Below are positions 53,954 through 64,000 of a stretch of 64,000 nt of DNA, piece by piece (the first letter of the stretch is position 1; each line of letters begins with the position of its first letter). This DNA comes from Chrysomallon squamiferum. Taxonomy: Eukaryota; Animalia; Mollusca. The stretch is from the NCBI GenBank assembly GCA_012295275.1, contig CM022667.1, forward strand, positions 12,710,001-12,774,000, written 5' to 3'. Made by a program: the position numbers and the translations under genes. The notes beneath the pieces were generated by a model. That model had not been told where the DNA came from. It did no database searches and saw only the letters and a program-made list of their open reading frames with translations.

Positions 53954-56423
53954 TTGTATAACTACAAAGGTTAGTAAACTAACTTTTCTAACAAACTTTT
54001 GATCTGGTTTTAATTTATATTCTGGGACAAAGTCAGACCCCATTAATGTATTTAGAATCAAGGTCAAAACAAGTTACTACGATCCTGAAATATGATATGA
54101 AATAATGACAACAATATCAGCAAATTGACCCTAACCTTGGATGAAACGAAATACATGTTAGTTTTAATACCAAATATAAAGTAATAAACTGTTTTAATAT
54201 ACTGGGTGATATAAATAAAACAGATAAATAATGTAATGCTATACATGATACAATGTTTTTACAGTGGTATATAACAGTGACTACCTGATCGGAGTTGAAT
54301 CACCTTCGGTGGAACTAACAACTTGGAATGTTTCTAAGTCCCAAAACCTCACAGTTCTGAAAAATTTAAAAACAATTTTAAGTGGATAAAAATCACTTAT
54401 ATTTGAAATTATATATTTATTTATTTATTTATTTATTTATTTATATTCAATACATTTTGTGAAATTAGCTAAGTATTCAAAATTTGAATTATTAACTAGA
54501 AAAGTAGTTAACGAGTTTTACCTGTCGGCACTACCTGAAGCCAGTAACAATTCATTAGGATGAAATTCAACAACATTCACTGGACCTTTGTGTCCTTTGA
54601 GATCTGTTATCAGTTTACCTGCTGTCAGGTCCCATATCTGTTAGAATTAATAATAATAACAGTAACAATAACAATAACAATAACAATAACCATAAAAATA
54701 ATAATATCAATAACAATAACAATAACAGTAACAATAAAATTAAAGAATGAATGAATGTTTAATGATACCCCAGCACAAAAAATATATTGGCTACAGGGTA
54801 TCAAACAAAGGTAAATAATAATAATAATCATAATAATAATAATAATAATTATAATAACAATAACAATAATGAAAATAATCATAATAATTGTAATAACAAT
54901 CATAATGAGATGAAGATGATGTTAATGATATTGAAAATAATAATATTGAAAATATTAGTAACATTAATAATAATAATAATGATACATACAACATCAACGA
55001 CAACAACAATAACAATAGTAACAAAAACAAATAACAATTACAACAACAACTAACAGAAGTAAAGTAATACCAGTGGCACAGGTTATAAGAATCTCATTAG
55101 TAACAATTTAAATTACAACAGAATATGAAGAAGAAAGTGAATTCCTGAATCAGAATTATGAAATAAAAAATACCTTTATGACTGAATCAGCTCCAGCAGA
55201 TGCTATCCATTTCCCATCAGGACTAAATCGTAAACAGTTTATTCCATCATTGTGTCCCTGTCAATAAATAAAACAGTTTAATACTGGTTTGAACACATGA
55301 ATATGTTCTTGTGTATTTAGATATTCACACACACACACACACACCATTTTCTATCATGACCAAATTTAAAAACATGTGATATTATTAGAGTTCATGTTAG
55401 TAAATAAAACAAATAGTTTAATACTGCCTTAAACACATACACATTTAGTTCACATATCTACACGCCATTTTCTATCATGATTAAATGCAAAAAAACATTT
55501 GCATTATTAGGGCCCTTGTCAGTAAAAAGATACTAATTTTTTTTAATATGTTTTTAAAATCTACAAATCTCTTTAACATATATGAAAATAGAAAAAATCT
55601 AGTTCTCATCAGGACTAAATATCTGTCTGTGATTCTGTCTGTGTTAAATTCTTAACAAAAAAAGAGACACTCTATAAAAGTCTAAACAAAAGTAAAAATC
55701 GAACCTACCTTATATGTGAATATACAACCTTTTCTTCTTATGTCCCACAACTGAAACAGAAAGGAATTGCAATACATATGTGTTAAATATATTCTTACGG
55801 ATCATTAAAAATATTTATAAACACAAAACATGCTTTATCCAGAAATTAATAATAATAAAAAAATAATTAACTAAAAAACACTATAAAATCTTTTTTTTCT
55901 TTTATGAATCATAAATAATAAATGACTAATTAAAAAAAAAAAAAAAATACAAAAATTATCTTCGTTATTAAATTAAAGTATTTCTCACTTTAACATTAGA
56001 GTCCATCGATCCTGAAGCTGAATAATCACCATAGGGATGGAAATCAAGGGCTGTAACTCCAGCTTTGTGTCCTGTTAGTGTTCTCAATACTGTAAATAAA
56101 TTAATACAAAATACATTTTTTATTTACATTATTTTGCATAACCACTGACTGATATGATAACACATAATAAGAAGGAACAATGGTTCTACTTTATAAACAA
56201 TTATCAAAAAAAATTAATAATACGTTGATAAATACAAAACTATTAATTATATTATACCCTCTGAAATGAGATTTCACTAATTTTCCATAAAGAAATCATT
56301 TGCTTACAATTTTTATAGAGCAGCAGCTATTTTTATCTTTATTAAATGTTAAATACTAGTGAACATTCATCAAAGAAAAGGCAACAAAATGTTTAGGTCA
56401 CTAATAAACTAGTATAACCATTA

Positions 56424-56457
<34 letters not shown>

Positions 56458-57402
56458 TTTTATTTTTTAAATTTAATATATATTATATATTAAAAAAATA
56501 ATATAATATTAATACCATACAAAAGGACTGCTATTATGCTATTATTTAATATATGTATATAAAAAATATATTCCTGAACAAAATACTGAGCAATCGTGAT
56601 GAAATGTAGTGAAACGTCTTTTTAAGTGTACCTGTTGTGTTTGTGGACATATGAAATAAGATCAAAGCATCTTACTTTTAGCCTGTTCTAAATCCCACAC
56701 TTTGAGGGCACCAGACATTGAGCCAGCAACCACCATGTCTTCAGCATGTCCAAACCTCACTGCTTCCACTGTCATTGTGTGTCCCGTCAGACTCTGAAAT
56801 ACATTACGTTTGTATTTAATATTTACTAATTATGTGTTTTGTCTTTACATGATATTTTCAAACACACAAACACATGATTGTGTGTGTGTATGTAAATACC
56901 CATATACATATGCATGTGCAAACACACATACATACTCTAGACCAAAAGAAAGATCATGGAGAGATAATTTTGTTGAGAGATAAGTTTAAAAATAAATAAC
57001 AAAATACTAAATGGCAATTTACACATGCAGGATGTAATATATATATTTGTAATTCATGTATTCTTTTAATATTGTTTCAAGAAATAATGTCACTAGTAAT
57101 TAAATAGCTCACAAACAAAATCATAATAAATAAATATCAATTAATAATAAATAAACACATTTCTAAAAATTAATAATAAATAAAATGTAACGCATTTCTG
57201 ACCTGTGACTAAAATAAATTCAATATTTTTATTTCATATTTCCCATAAAATTCTAAAAACATCCTGAAGCATTCTAAAATAAAACATTTCATTTCTAATG
57301 ATAACTATCTAAACATTATTTTGTTTCTGTAGTGTAGGGCCAAAATTAAACAACCACAAATACCAATTCATAAATCATCAAGTGCAAATATGTTTTATTG
57401 TT

Positions 57403-57433
<31 letters not shown>

Positions 57434-60400
57434 TTTTGAGATAGAAGTATGTGTAAACAATGAGCATTTGTGAATACTTAGAAAATGAATAAAATTATTC
57501 TAAAAACAAACTTTAATTATGATTTTAATTTTGTGTGTGTGTGTGTGTGTGGTTTTATTCTAATAAGCTGTTTTCAGATCAGGCTTTAGAAAATAAACAA
57601 AAAGCCTTTGTTAACATATAAAGTGTGTTATTCATTTATAAAGTGCCTGAGTTCTCAACAAAGAGTCTTTGTTTGATGAAAACAGTTTGGGGCTTTTTTG
57701 ACTGTGTAAGTGTATTCAAGTATATAACAGATATTAACAGTGGACTATATGAATAAATATTCAGCATGAAAGAAATTTCTGTCTCATTTAAACACTTGTG
57801 CATACTGATAATATGTACTTTATCATTCCATCAACAAAAAATTAAAAAAAATAAAACAACAAAAAAATTATATATGTTATATGTATATATAAACACACTT
57901 GGAAAAAAAAAATCAGAAAAGGAAACACATACACACACACACATTTATTTACATTTGGTAATAACAGACACATTTTTATTACTCATGATCATTTCAATGT
58001 AGTGTTGTTTTGTTTCCAACAGCTACTAATAAACAGCTGCTAGTATTAGTAAATGACCTGATTCTGTTGACAGATATGTTACAGTTCTTCTTTGTCAGAT
58101 CTTCACAGCAACAGTACATTAGGTGATTATGTATACTGCTTTAATATATATTTAAACAGAGGTGTTTTGATTTTCACAGTTCTGCTGAAATCCTTACTGC
58201 TTTGTTTCTTTCAAACAAGATGTCATCAACACATCATCATCATCAACCTCATAATGTTTTAAACTCTTAAACAATTACATGCTTCTTTGTACTTTGGCAG
58301 TTTTACATAAAAAAACTTTTTTTTATTTTTTTTATTTTTGTAAAGAAATAAATAATACTATTAATAGTAAAAATATTATTTTTGAATTTTAGATTAACTA
58401 AAATTATCTATTATTAAGTAAATAATGTGTAGGTGTGTGTGTGCATGTGTGTTTATTTATTTATTATGGTTGAATATTTTACATTAGAAACAAAAGAAGA
58501 ACTAGCAGTCTGATATTTCCTCAAATAATACTGAACAAGGCCAGCACCAAGTTAAAAACTGTGTTAAAGTTGCTCGAGTGACCAAACCACTAAGGACATT
58601 GGTAAAAAAAATAACACAAACAGTGCTGGAATGTTTACTTTAAAACATGTTTATCTAGTACAGGCACATCAGAAGAAAAAAAGGCGTAAAAAGGTTAACA
58701 TGGGGCAATGACAAATGGTGGGATAGACTTCTAAAACAACAAACCAGTTATTTAATTTTACAAATAAGTGAGATCTTAAAAAAAAAAAAAGTAATAATTC
58801 AGTCATTAATCTTTTTTCTGTAAGGTTAATATTCTTGAAGATGGGTCCATTTTTTAACTCATCATAATACAAGAGTTTAACTCATCATACAAGATTTGAT
58901 GAACATAAGCTTGTACTAGTAACAACAAACTATTAATGAACTGAATTAGAAAACTATTCATCTTGAACAAGGACATGGGTTTTATGGTTAATTTGGTGAA
59001 ACTGTAAAAGACAGTATTGTATAAACTAAATCACAACAATTATTTAAAATAAATAAATATACTCAGGTAAAATATCAAGTTATAAACTACATATAATCAG
59101 ATAATTCTTTAGATTTTATGATACAGTTAAGTAAAACTGCAGGCTTTATGATTGTTAGGTCCTCAGATCATATCCACTAAGACCACTAAACTGTATATTC
59201 TCTCTAACAACTCTTTAAAACACTGCTGCTTTAGTTTACGTAAGTGTTACAAAATATCTAATGGACTGTTCAGAAACCTGTTTATAGTACACAGGTGTAT
59301 TACAGAATTAGAGTGTAAAAGGTTAATTGGTGGGATCAGCATTTAAAACAACAGAGTAGTTATTGTGAACAATCTGATGAATGAGTGGACATGACGTGAA
59401 AATGTAACAAGCCAAAAAAGTACAGGCATTGTGATGTAACCGCCATAGATAGTAACAAATAAAAATGTGTAAATGACTGTATGGGCATGTATGTATCATT
59501 GCAGGTACATAGGTGTGTGTGTGTGTGTGTGTGAGAGAGATAGGGAAGGAGAAAGAGTGTGTGTTTGTGTCTGAGTATGTTTCTATATATAAAACAGAAT
59601 TTGCTCTATATGACATCAAATTGTACAACAGAAGAAGAATATTTAAAATTAATCATATTTGAAATGTAATGAAGTACAAATCTGGAGTTAATCCTTTGCT
59701 GATCACACTGTATCAAACACATTCTTAATCATTGTACTGACAGTGACAATAACTTGTTCACGGATATTTGTCTTTAACTTGTATTTTACAGATTAAAGGC
59801 TTATGTCAGCTTCCTGGCATGTTGCCAAACTAAACCAAAACCAAAACCAATTTTGAGTCAAAGATAACAGCGAAAAAGTTAAAAACATAACACAGAAAAC
59901 AACTGATTTATTAACAAAGAGCAGAATATCAGTATGTGTATGAAAAAGAAATTAACATGATTATGAATATAATCAATTTAAGGTATATGACAGTTCTGTT
60001 TTTGAAAAAAGTAATAGTACAACTATTGTCGTAAACTCATTTTATAAACATACATATAATACTGTAAAAAATAAAATAAAATACTGTCGTAAGGCAGATA
60101 TATTAAATTCCACAACAAAAACAAGAAACCTGATATTAGATCATAAAGTCACTCTGTGAAAATGAGGTCATAGTGAGTGAGTAAAGAAAGGTCATAAATG
60201 ATATAATCCTTTGATATAATAATACGTACATAATGACACAACATACAAATGACACGTTAAAAGTGAGATCACTGAGACTGCGACTGAGATTGTATATTTT
60301 AGATCTGATAGACGTGTTATAAACAAATAAAGAAATAACCATCAAAAAGTGACATCATCGACATTATGATCATGAGGTAACAGGCACAGAGTTTGATACT

Positions 60401-61545
60401 GCAGGCAACAAAAGTGAGATCACACTGTCTTGAGATCATGGATATCCATTACGAGACCAGAAAACACTGATATTAGCCAAAGTGAGATAATAAAACCTCT
60501 CTGAAAGTGAGACTAGTGAGACAATACATTATGAAACTCACCATAATACAGTGTGGTTTTCCAGCTGCCCACAGATTAACCTTCCTGTCTTCTCCCCCTG
60601 TCACCATGACACGGCCAGACTTGTGACCCATGGCCAGACAGTGGACATTGGCTCCATGGGCTACAAACTCCTCTAAATTTACAGAAATAAATATTTATTA
60701 CATAAATTATATATATATATATATCCAAAATAAGTTATCAAAGAATATGTTAGTAATCAAACTTTTGACATAATATGAATAACAATATTAATTTAACAGA
60801 TTTTAACTACATGCTGGTACAACTTCATAAGTTACCAAACATCTAATGTGAATATGAAAGTTCTCAATTAAATTACAATTTTAATTTCATGATCAAGACC
60901 TTTCTCATACTAAGTCAAATTAAACAATAATATAACTTTTATCATTTACTTCTCAGTGTGAATAATCTGAACTGTAATTAATATATAAAAAAATTTGTTT
61001 TAATTATGGTATTGTTGTTCTTTATTTGTGTTTTAAATGAAAGAAGGATTAGGTTACTAATGGTAATCAAGTTGGTGACAAGGTGTTGTATTCATAATCA
61101 TATAATTGTAGACAATTATTCATTGAAACAGTTTTAACATAATAAGTCATTTGATAATGAATAATTTCTGATGGTGTTCTCCAACAAATTATTTGATTCA
61201 ATCATTAACCAAGTGGTCTTCGACAATTTTTATTACATTTTGTATTAAATTAAAACAAAAAGTTATAAAACATTTTCTCAAAATTTGGAATTTATTATTT
61301 TATGAAACATGTAATATGTATGATGTATTTCTAAATACTTAAAATAGTAAAATGACTCTGTCATTATTATTATTATAAAACATTATAAGAATAAGATAAG
61401 ATTTTAGAATAAAAGCAAAAAGGTATACTGTTAAAAATAAAAAATAAAAGATTTCATGGCTTTTTAAAAAACCACAGTCACAATGACAAAATTGAAGAGA
61501 TGTAATTTACTTACGAAGTTTCCATGTTCTTTTTGTTTGGGCCAT
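43781..61545 (-). CDS. KATNB1: Katanin p80 WD40 repeat-containing subunit B1, gene span (20 exons, 1896 nt, 631 aa)
   Basis: The spliced minus-strand exons give [45 protein letters not shown]..., six WD40 repeats ([45 protein letters not shown]...[16 protein letters not shown]) and the p80 C-terminal domain ([28 protein letters not shown]). All introns are GT-AG with consistent phases. Confidence 0.97.
44200..44880 (-). repeat. Degenerate ~55-75 bp tandem array derived from the KATNB1 exon 19 3' end plus donor
   Basis: About 9 copies of taacataaatactgaattac-tgttcctctctagatatatc(g)actcct(a/g)tac; the last unit is the real exon 19 junction. Confidence 0.85.
44509..44579. repeat. (CT)n microsatellite inside the exon-19-derived array
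   Basis: Direct inspection. Confidence 0.95.
44849..44965 (-). CDS. KATNB1: KATNB1 exon 19
   Basis: (C)[38 protein letters not shown]+CG|gtaatt. Confidence 0.96.
45323..45397 (-). CDS. KATNB1: KATNB1 exon 18
   Basis: (T)[24 protein letters not shown]+TG|gtttgt. Confidence 0.95.
45670..45746 (-). CDS. KATNB1: KATNB1 exon 17
   Basis: [25 protein letters not shown]+AC|gtaggt. Confidence 0.95.
46345..46503 (-). CDS. KATNB1: KATNB1 exon 16
   Basis: ttttaag|[53 protein letters not shown]|gtaata. Confidence 0.92.
46830..47104. repeat. (AAT/AAC)n low-complexity tract with a ~70-bp internal duplication
   Basis: ataataataatc(c/a)taaaaagaa..ataac.acaacaacaataataaagataacaat occurs twice. Confidence 0.9.
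47118..47260 (-). CDS. KATNB1: KATNB1 exon 15
   Basis: (S)[47 protein letters not shown]|gttggt. Confidence 0.88.
47698..47786. repeat. (GT)n microsatellite
   Basis: Direct inspection. Confidence 0.95.
47895..48156. repeat. 130-bp tandem duplication in KATNB1 intron 14
   Basis: actacatatttatattaaccataaattaagaatcaa...aatatgacctctga begins at 47895 and again at 48025, with few differences. Confidence 0.95.
48203..48253 (-). CDS. KATNB1: KATNB1 exon 14
   Basis: (A)[16 protein letters not shown]+T|gtaagt; EPFxxPPED motif. Confidence 0.9.
51034..51161 (-). CDS. KATNB1: KATNB1 exon 13
   Basis: (S)[42 protein letters not shown]+G|gtgaga; IQNxxDYxExFQ motif. Confidence 0.9.
51277..51330 (-). pseudogene. 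Decayed partial copy of KATNB1 exon 7 (pseudo-exon) in intron 12
   Basis: 42/46 nt identical to 54592-54637; reads [15 protein letters not shown]; acceptor AG changed to AC. Confidence 0.9.
51805..51861 (-). CDS. KATNB1: KATNB1 exon 12
   Basis: (S)[18 protein letters not shown]+AG|gtttgt; ERPxT motif as recalled for human p80. Confidence 0.88.
52281..52643 (-). repeat. 121-bp tandem triplication spanning the KATNB1 exon 11 donor
   Basis: ttcctgttgag at 52391, 52512 and 52633; the third copy is the real exon end. Confidence 0.95.
52613..52668 (-). CDS. KATNB1: KATNB1 exon 11
   Basis: [18 protein letters not shown]+AG|gtagca; phase fits both neighbours. Confidence 0.85.
53120..53173 (-). CDS. 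KATNB1: KATNB1 exon 10
   Basis: [18 protein letters not shown]|gtgagt. Confidence 0.93.
53579..53729 (-). CDS. KATNB1: KATNB1 exon 9
   Basis: (R)[50 protein letters not shown]|gtcagt. Confidence 0.96.
54285..54356 (-). CDS. KATNB1: KATNB1 exon 8
   Basis: (R)[23 protein letters not shown]+AG|gtagtc. Confidence 0.95.
54522..54637 (-). CDS. KATNB1: KATNB1 exon 7
   Basis: [38 protein letters not shown]+AG|gtaaaa. Confidence 0.96.
54645..55052. repeat. (AAT/AAC/GAT)n low-complexity tract in KATNB1 intron 6
   Basis: Direct inspection. Confidence 0.9.
55174..55257 (-). CDS. KATNB1: KATNB1 exon 6
   Basis: [28 protein letters not shown]|gtattt. Confidence 0.96.
55256..55528 (-). repeat. ~125-135 bp degenerate tandem duplication spanning the KATNB1 exon 6 acceptor
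   Basis: taaataaaac..agtttaatactg and ccattttctatcatga each occur twice; partial third unit at 55513. Confidence 0.75.
55709..55750 (-). CDS. KATNB1: KATNB1 exon 5
   Basis: [14 protein letters not shown]|gtaggt. Confidence 0.96.
55989..56089 (-). CDS. KATNB1: KATNB1 exon 4
   Basis: (I)[33 protein letters not shown]|gtgaga. Confidence 0.96.
56676..56793 (-). CDS. KATNB1: KATNB1 exon 3
   Basis: [39 protein letters not shown]+A|gtaaga. Confidence 0.96.
60120..60530. repeat. Decayed short repeats (aaagtgagatcac motif) next to the KATNB1 exon 2 donor
   Basis: aaagtgaga/aaagtgaca recurs about 5 times; gaaac(a)ctgatattag occurs twice. Confidence 0.55.
60542..60672 (-). CDS. KATNB1: KATNB1 exon 2
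   Basis: (Q)[43 protein letters not shown]|gtgagt. Confidence 0.96.
61515..61545 (-). CDS. KATNB1: KATNB1 exon 1
   Basis: [10 protein letters not shown]+C|gtaagt. Confidence 0.9.
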
Positions 61546-61813
61546 TGTTTTTCTAAAAATGTTCTATGTCACGTATCCTTAAAATATTCTTTCATACGGC
61601 TGTACATTTGGACGGAAGTATTAAATAATCAGACAGTTTATTTTGTTGCAACCATTTTTCGTTCATGACTTCATTACTCTGATCTAAACATCTATAAACA
61701 ATATTTTGATTGGTGAAACCTGTCAGATTTATCCAATAAATGTACATGGCACACATGTCATACCGGAAAAAGCGCAATAGAGGTGCGCAATAAATACTTC
61801 CGTTGTAAACAAA
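61546..61813. promoter_or_regulatory. Bidirectional promoter KATNB1 / C8orf82-like
   Basis: Divergent ATGs are separated by 268 bp; ETS motifs CGGAAGT 61613 and ACTTCCG 61796; ATTGG 61709 and CCAAT 61733; CpG retained. Confidence 0.75.
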
Positions 61814-61975
61814 ATGGAGCATGTAAGATGTGTTTTCGGAAAGTTATTGGCAAAGAATGTCCTGATTCCTTGCAAAAATAGCGTGTCATGTTATAGATTT
61901 GTACATTACATTCAAGGCCAGTCTCCGGAACCTCGAATCAGAGAATATTTCTATTTTATTGATCACCAAGGGCAG
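61814..61975 (+). CDS. C8orf82: C8orf82-like exon 1
   Basis: MEHVRC...QGQSPEPRIREYFYFIDHQGQ|gtaata. Confidence 0.92.
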
Positions 61976-63317
61976 GTAATAAAGTCAAATAGGTGGAAAC
62001 CGGCGAAATCGACGCTGTAAAAAAAAAAAATAATATATATAAAATAAAAATTAATTTTAAAATGTTTTCTTTTTAAAAATCTGTTCATGCATGCAGTACA
62101 GCATAAGAAGAAGTAATGAGGATATGTCAGTGATGTTAACGTTATTAATTTAAGGTGATGATATACATTAAAACCTTAATGTTTATTCAAATAATTGTCA
62201 AAAATCAGTGAAAATTTAAAACAGTAAATTTAATAAGTAAAGTACTATTGAAATTTGTGAAATCAGTTAAAAAATACATTCAACAGTATTAATGTTTTAA
62301 AAGAATTGATTTTTATTTTTTTTTTTTTTTTTTGAAGTGATATGTAATTACTAAGTAAGATATATGTCTAATTCTGTGTGGCTCTGGGATTATGTTGTTT
62401 CATTATAATAAATAAAGTGCATAAGGAGAAATTTTATTTACTTTTCAGTTATTTCTTGATGATTGCAGAATGAAGAATTTCACTTCCTGTTTTAAAGGTG
62501 GATTATTCTTTTTTCTTCTTTTTAATATGTGTTACTGAAAGATGTATTTGATATTTTACTGAAAAGTGAACAAGCAAATTCTTTAACATGACCATTATTT
62601 TATCATCAACCTGAACAATAAGAATGTATTGTAATTTATTCTATTACTTAACATAAGTTTTGTTAAATAAACATTTATTCAGGACTTTTAATGTTTGCTT
62701 AGATTTATATAAAGAAAAAACGCAAGATCAACAAATATTCAGACAAAGGACTTGTATGTGCTTGAAACTGTAATTGTTTATGTCTGACAATCAAGATTTT
62801 TTGTTTTGTTTAATTATTTATTTATTGAAGAATTAATTAATTTGTTTTTATTGTTTATATTATAATTTCTTTTTATTTTTCAGAGAAGAAATTTCTAGCT
62901 TTTTTCTTCTCCAGACTAAAAATTAATGACTTGGATCGTTACAAAGAATTTCCCTATCTCTCACCATGTGGTCGTGAGAGAAATTTTATAAGATGTGAAG
63001 ACAAACCAATTGTTTACACAAGCATCATTACATCAGAGGATCCTAGCAGGCCAGATCAGTTGTCCTACGGAGGAGCAGGAGACCTTCTGACAGTGACTTT
63101 TGAGCCGGACAAAGTCTGTATGTTGCCAGACACTGGAAGAGTGTATTATCCTGCTCAGCCAAAACATGGGTCAGTAGGGTTAATTAAATCCAGTATGGCA
63201 ATAGAGCTGAGCAAACATTTCGAGTTTAAAAATGGTGAAACAAACCCACCAACTCATTTTACTTGGAAAGGTGTTCGGTATACACTTACTAACGAGTTGT
63301 TACCTTTGATGGAATAG
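61814..63317 (+). CDS. C8orf82: UPF0598 protein C8orf82 homolog, gene span (3 exons, 214 aa)
   Basis: Exons 61814-61975, 62449-62497 and 62884-63317. YIQGQSPEPRIREYFYFIDHQGQ/LFLDDCRMKNFTSCFK/EKKFLAFFFSRL...FPYLSPCGRERNFIRCEDKPIVYT matches human C8orf82 as recalled. The basic N-terminus resembles a mitochondrial presequence (inference). Confidence 0.93.
62449..62497 (+). CDS. C8orf82: C8orf82-like exon 2
   Basis: ttttcag|LFLDDCRMKNFTSCFK+G|gtggat. Confidence 0.92.
62884..63317 (+). CDS. C8orf82: C8orf82-like exon 3 (terminal)
   Basis: ttttcag|(E)KKFLAFFFSRLKINDLDRYKEFPYLSPCGRERNFIRCEDKP...ELLPLME*. Confidence 0.94.
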
Positions 63318-64000
63318 ATGTCACATTCAGTGAACAGAGCTTAAGAATACAGTTAACTTTATTTTGGTGTTGTGAACAAACAGCCAGAACATGTTATGTA
63401 TCTCTGAATGATTGTTTTATTTATTGTTAGATATACCTTTCATGGTACAAATATATATATATATATATATATAAAAAGAAAACATTTCATTTGGCAGTAT
63501 ATATATATATATACAAACTGCCAAATTAATTTATATTTTATTTTTATCTTTTTGATAAATCATAAAGTATATCTGTGATGGTAGAGACATATTTTAGCAG
63601 TATTTACATTAAAATAACTGTTAGTTTTCAGATGAACAGACATTATGAAGAATAAAAGTATTATAATAAAATAATGTTACTGATAAACTTATTATGACAT
63701 TTTTCTTTTGTTAAAAATGTATTACGAAATAAGTGATAGATCGACAGTGTCTCAACAGTTTTGCATTAGCAGCAAAATACTGTGTTGAAACTACAGAGCT
63801 AGTTTTTAAGTAAACTGCTACCTCAAACAGACTACAGTTCAAAAACTCTGTATGTATGTATATATGTATATATACATACACATATACACACAGATGCACA
63901 AACATATACACACACACACTCATTTATTTATTGAAATCCAAAATTAATAATAATTCAACATGTTTGAATGATATTGTTTTAATTGTCAGTGGTGATTCAA

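Noticed and set aside
63489-63526. 10-bp inverted repeat around an (AT)n loop in the C8orf82 3' region
   Set aside because: Short and likely chance, or a by-product of the AT run.

Overview
AT-rich, microsatellite-dense eukaryotic (invertebrate animal; mollusc-like by inference only) genomic DNA with three intron-containing genes that I spliced by hand. (1) CBFB, the core-binding factor beta / Brother-like Runx partner, is on + from ATG 568, with five coding exons to 14476 and a probable alternative terminal exon at 35567-35620 beyond a 21-kb intron. (2) KATNB1 (katanin p80 WD40 subunit) is on -, with 20 exons over 61545->43781 (631 aa), convergent with CBFB. (3) A C8orf82/UPF0598 homolog is on +, with 3 exons over 61814-63317 (214 aa), head-to-head with KATNB1 across 268 bp. 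Most ORFs in the supplied track are microsatellite or low-complexity artefacts. Most notable: (a) a splice switch at CBFB exon 5 that adds or removes a C-terminal motif resembling the KLF10/11 Sin3-interaction domain; (b) repeated 'echo' duplications of KATNB1's own exon-intron junctions into its introns, where the copied splice sites are mostly disabled or weakened and CpGs are deaminated; (c) CBFB regulatory DNA rich in CArG, CRE, AP-1, EGR, MEF2, Runx and nuclear-receptor motifs, with a sharp CpG-retention boundary near 9 kb. No tRNA, rRNA, CRISPR array or intact transposase was seen. Homology calls come from my recall of the human proteins; no database searches were run.
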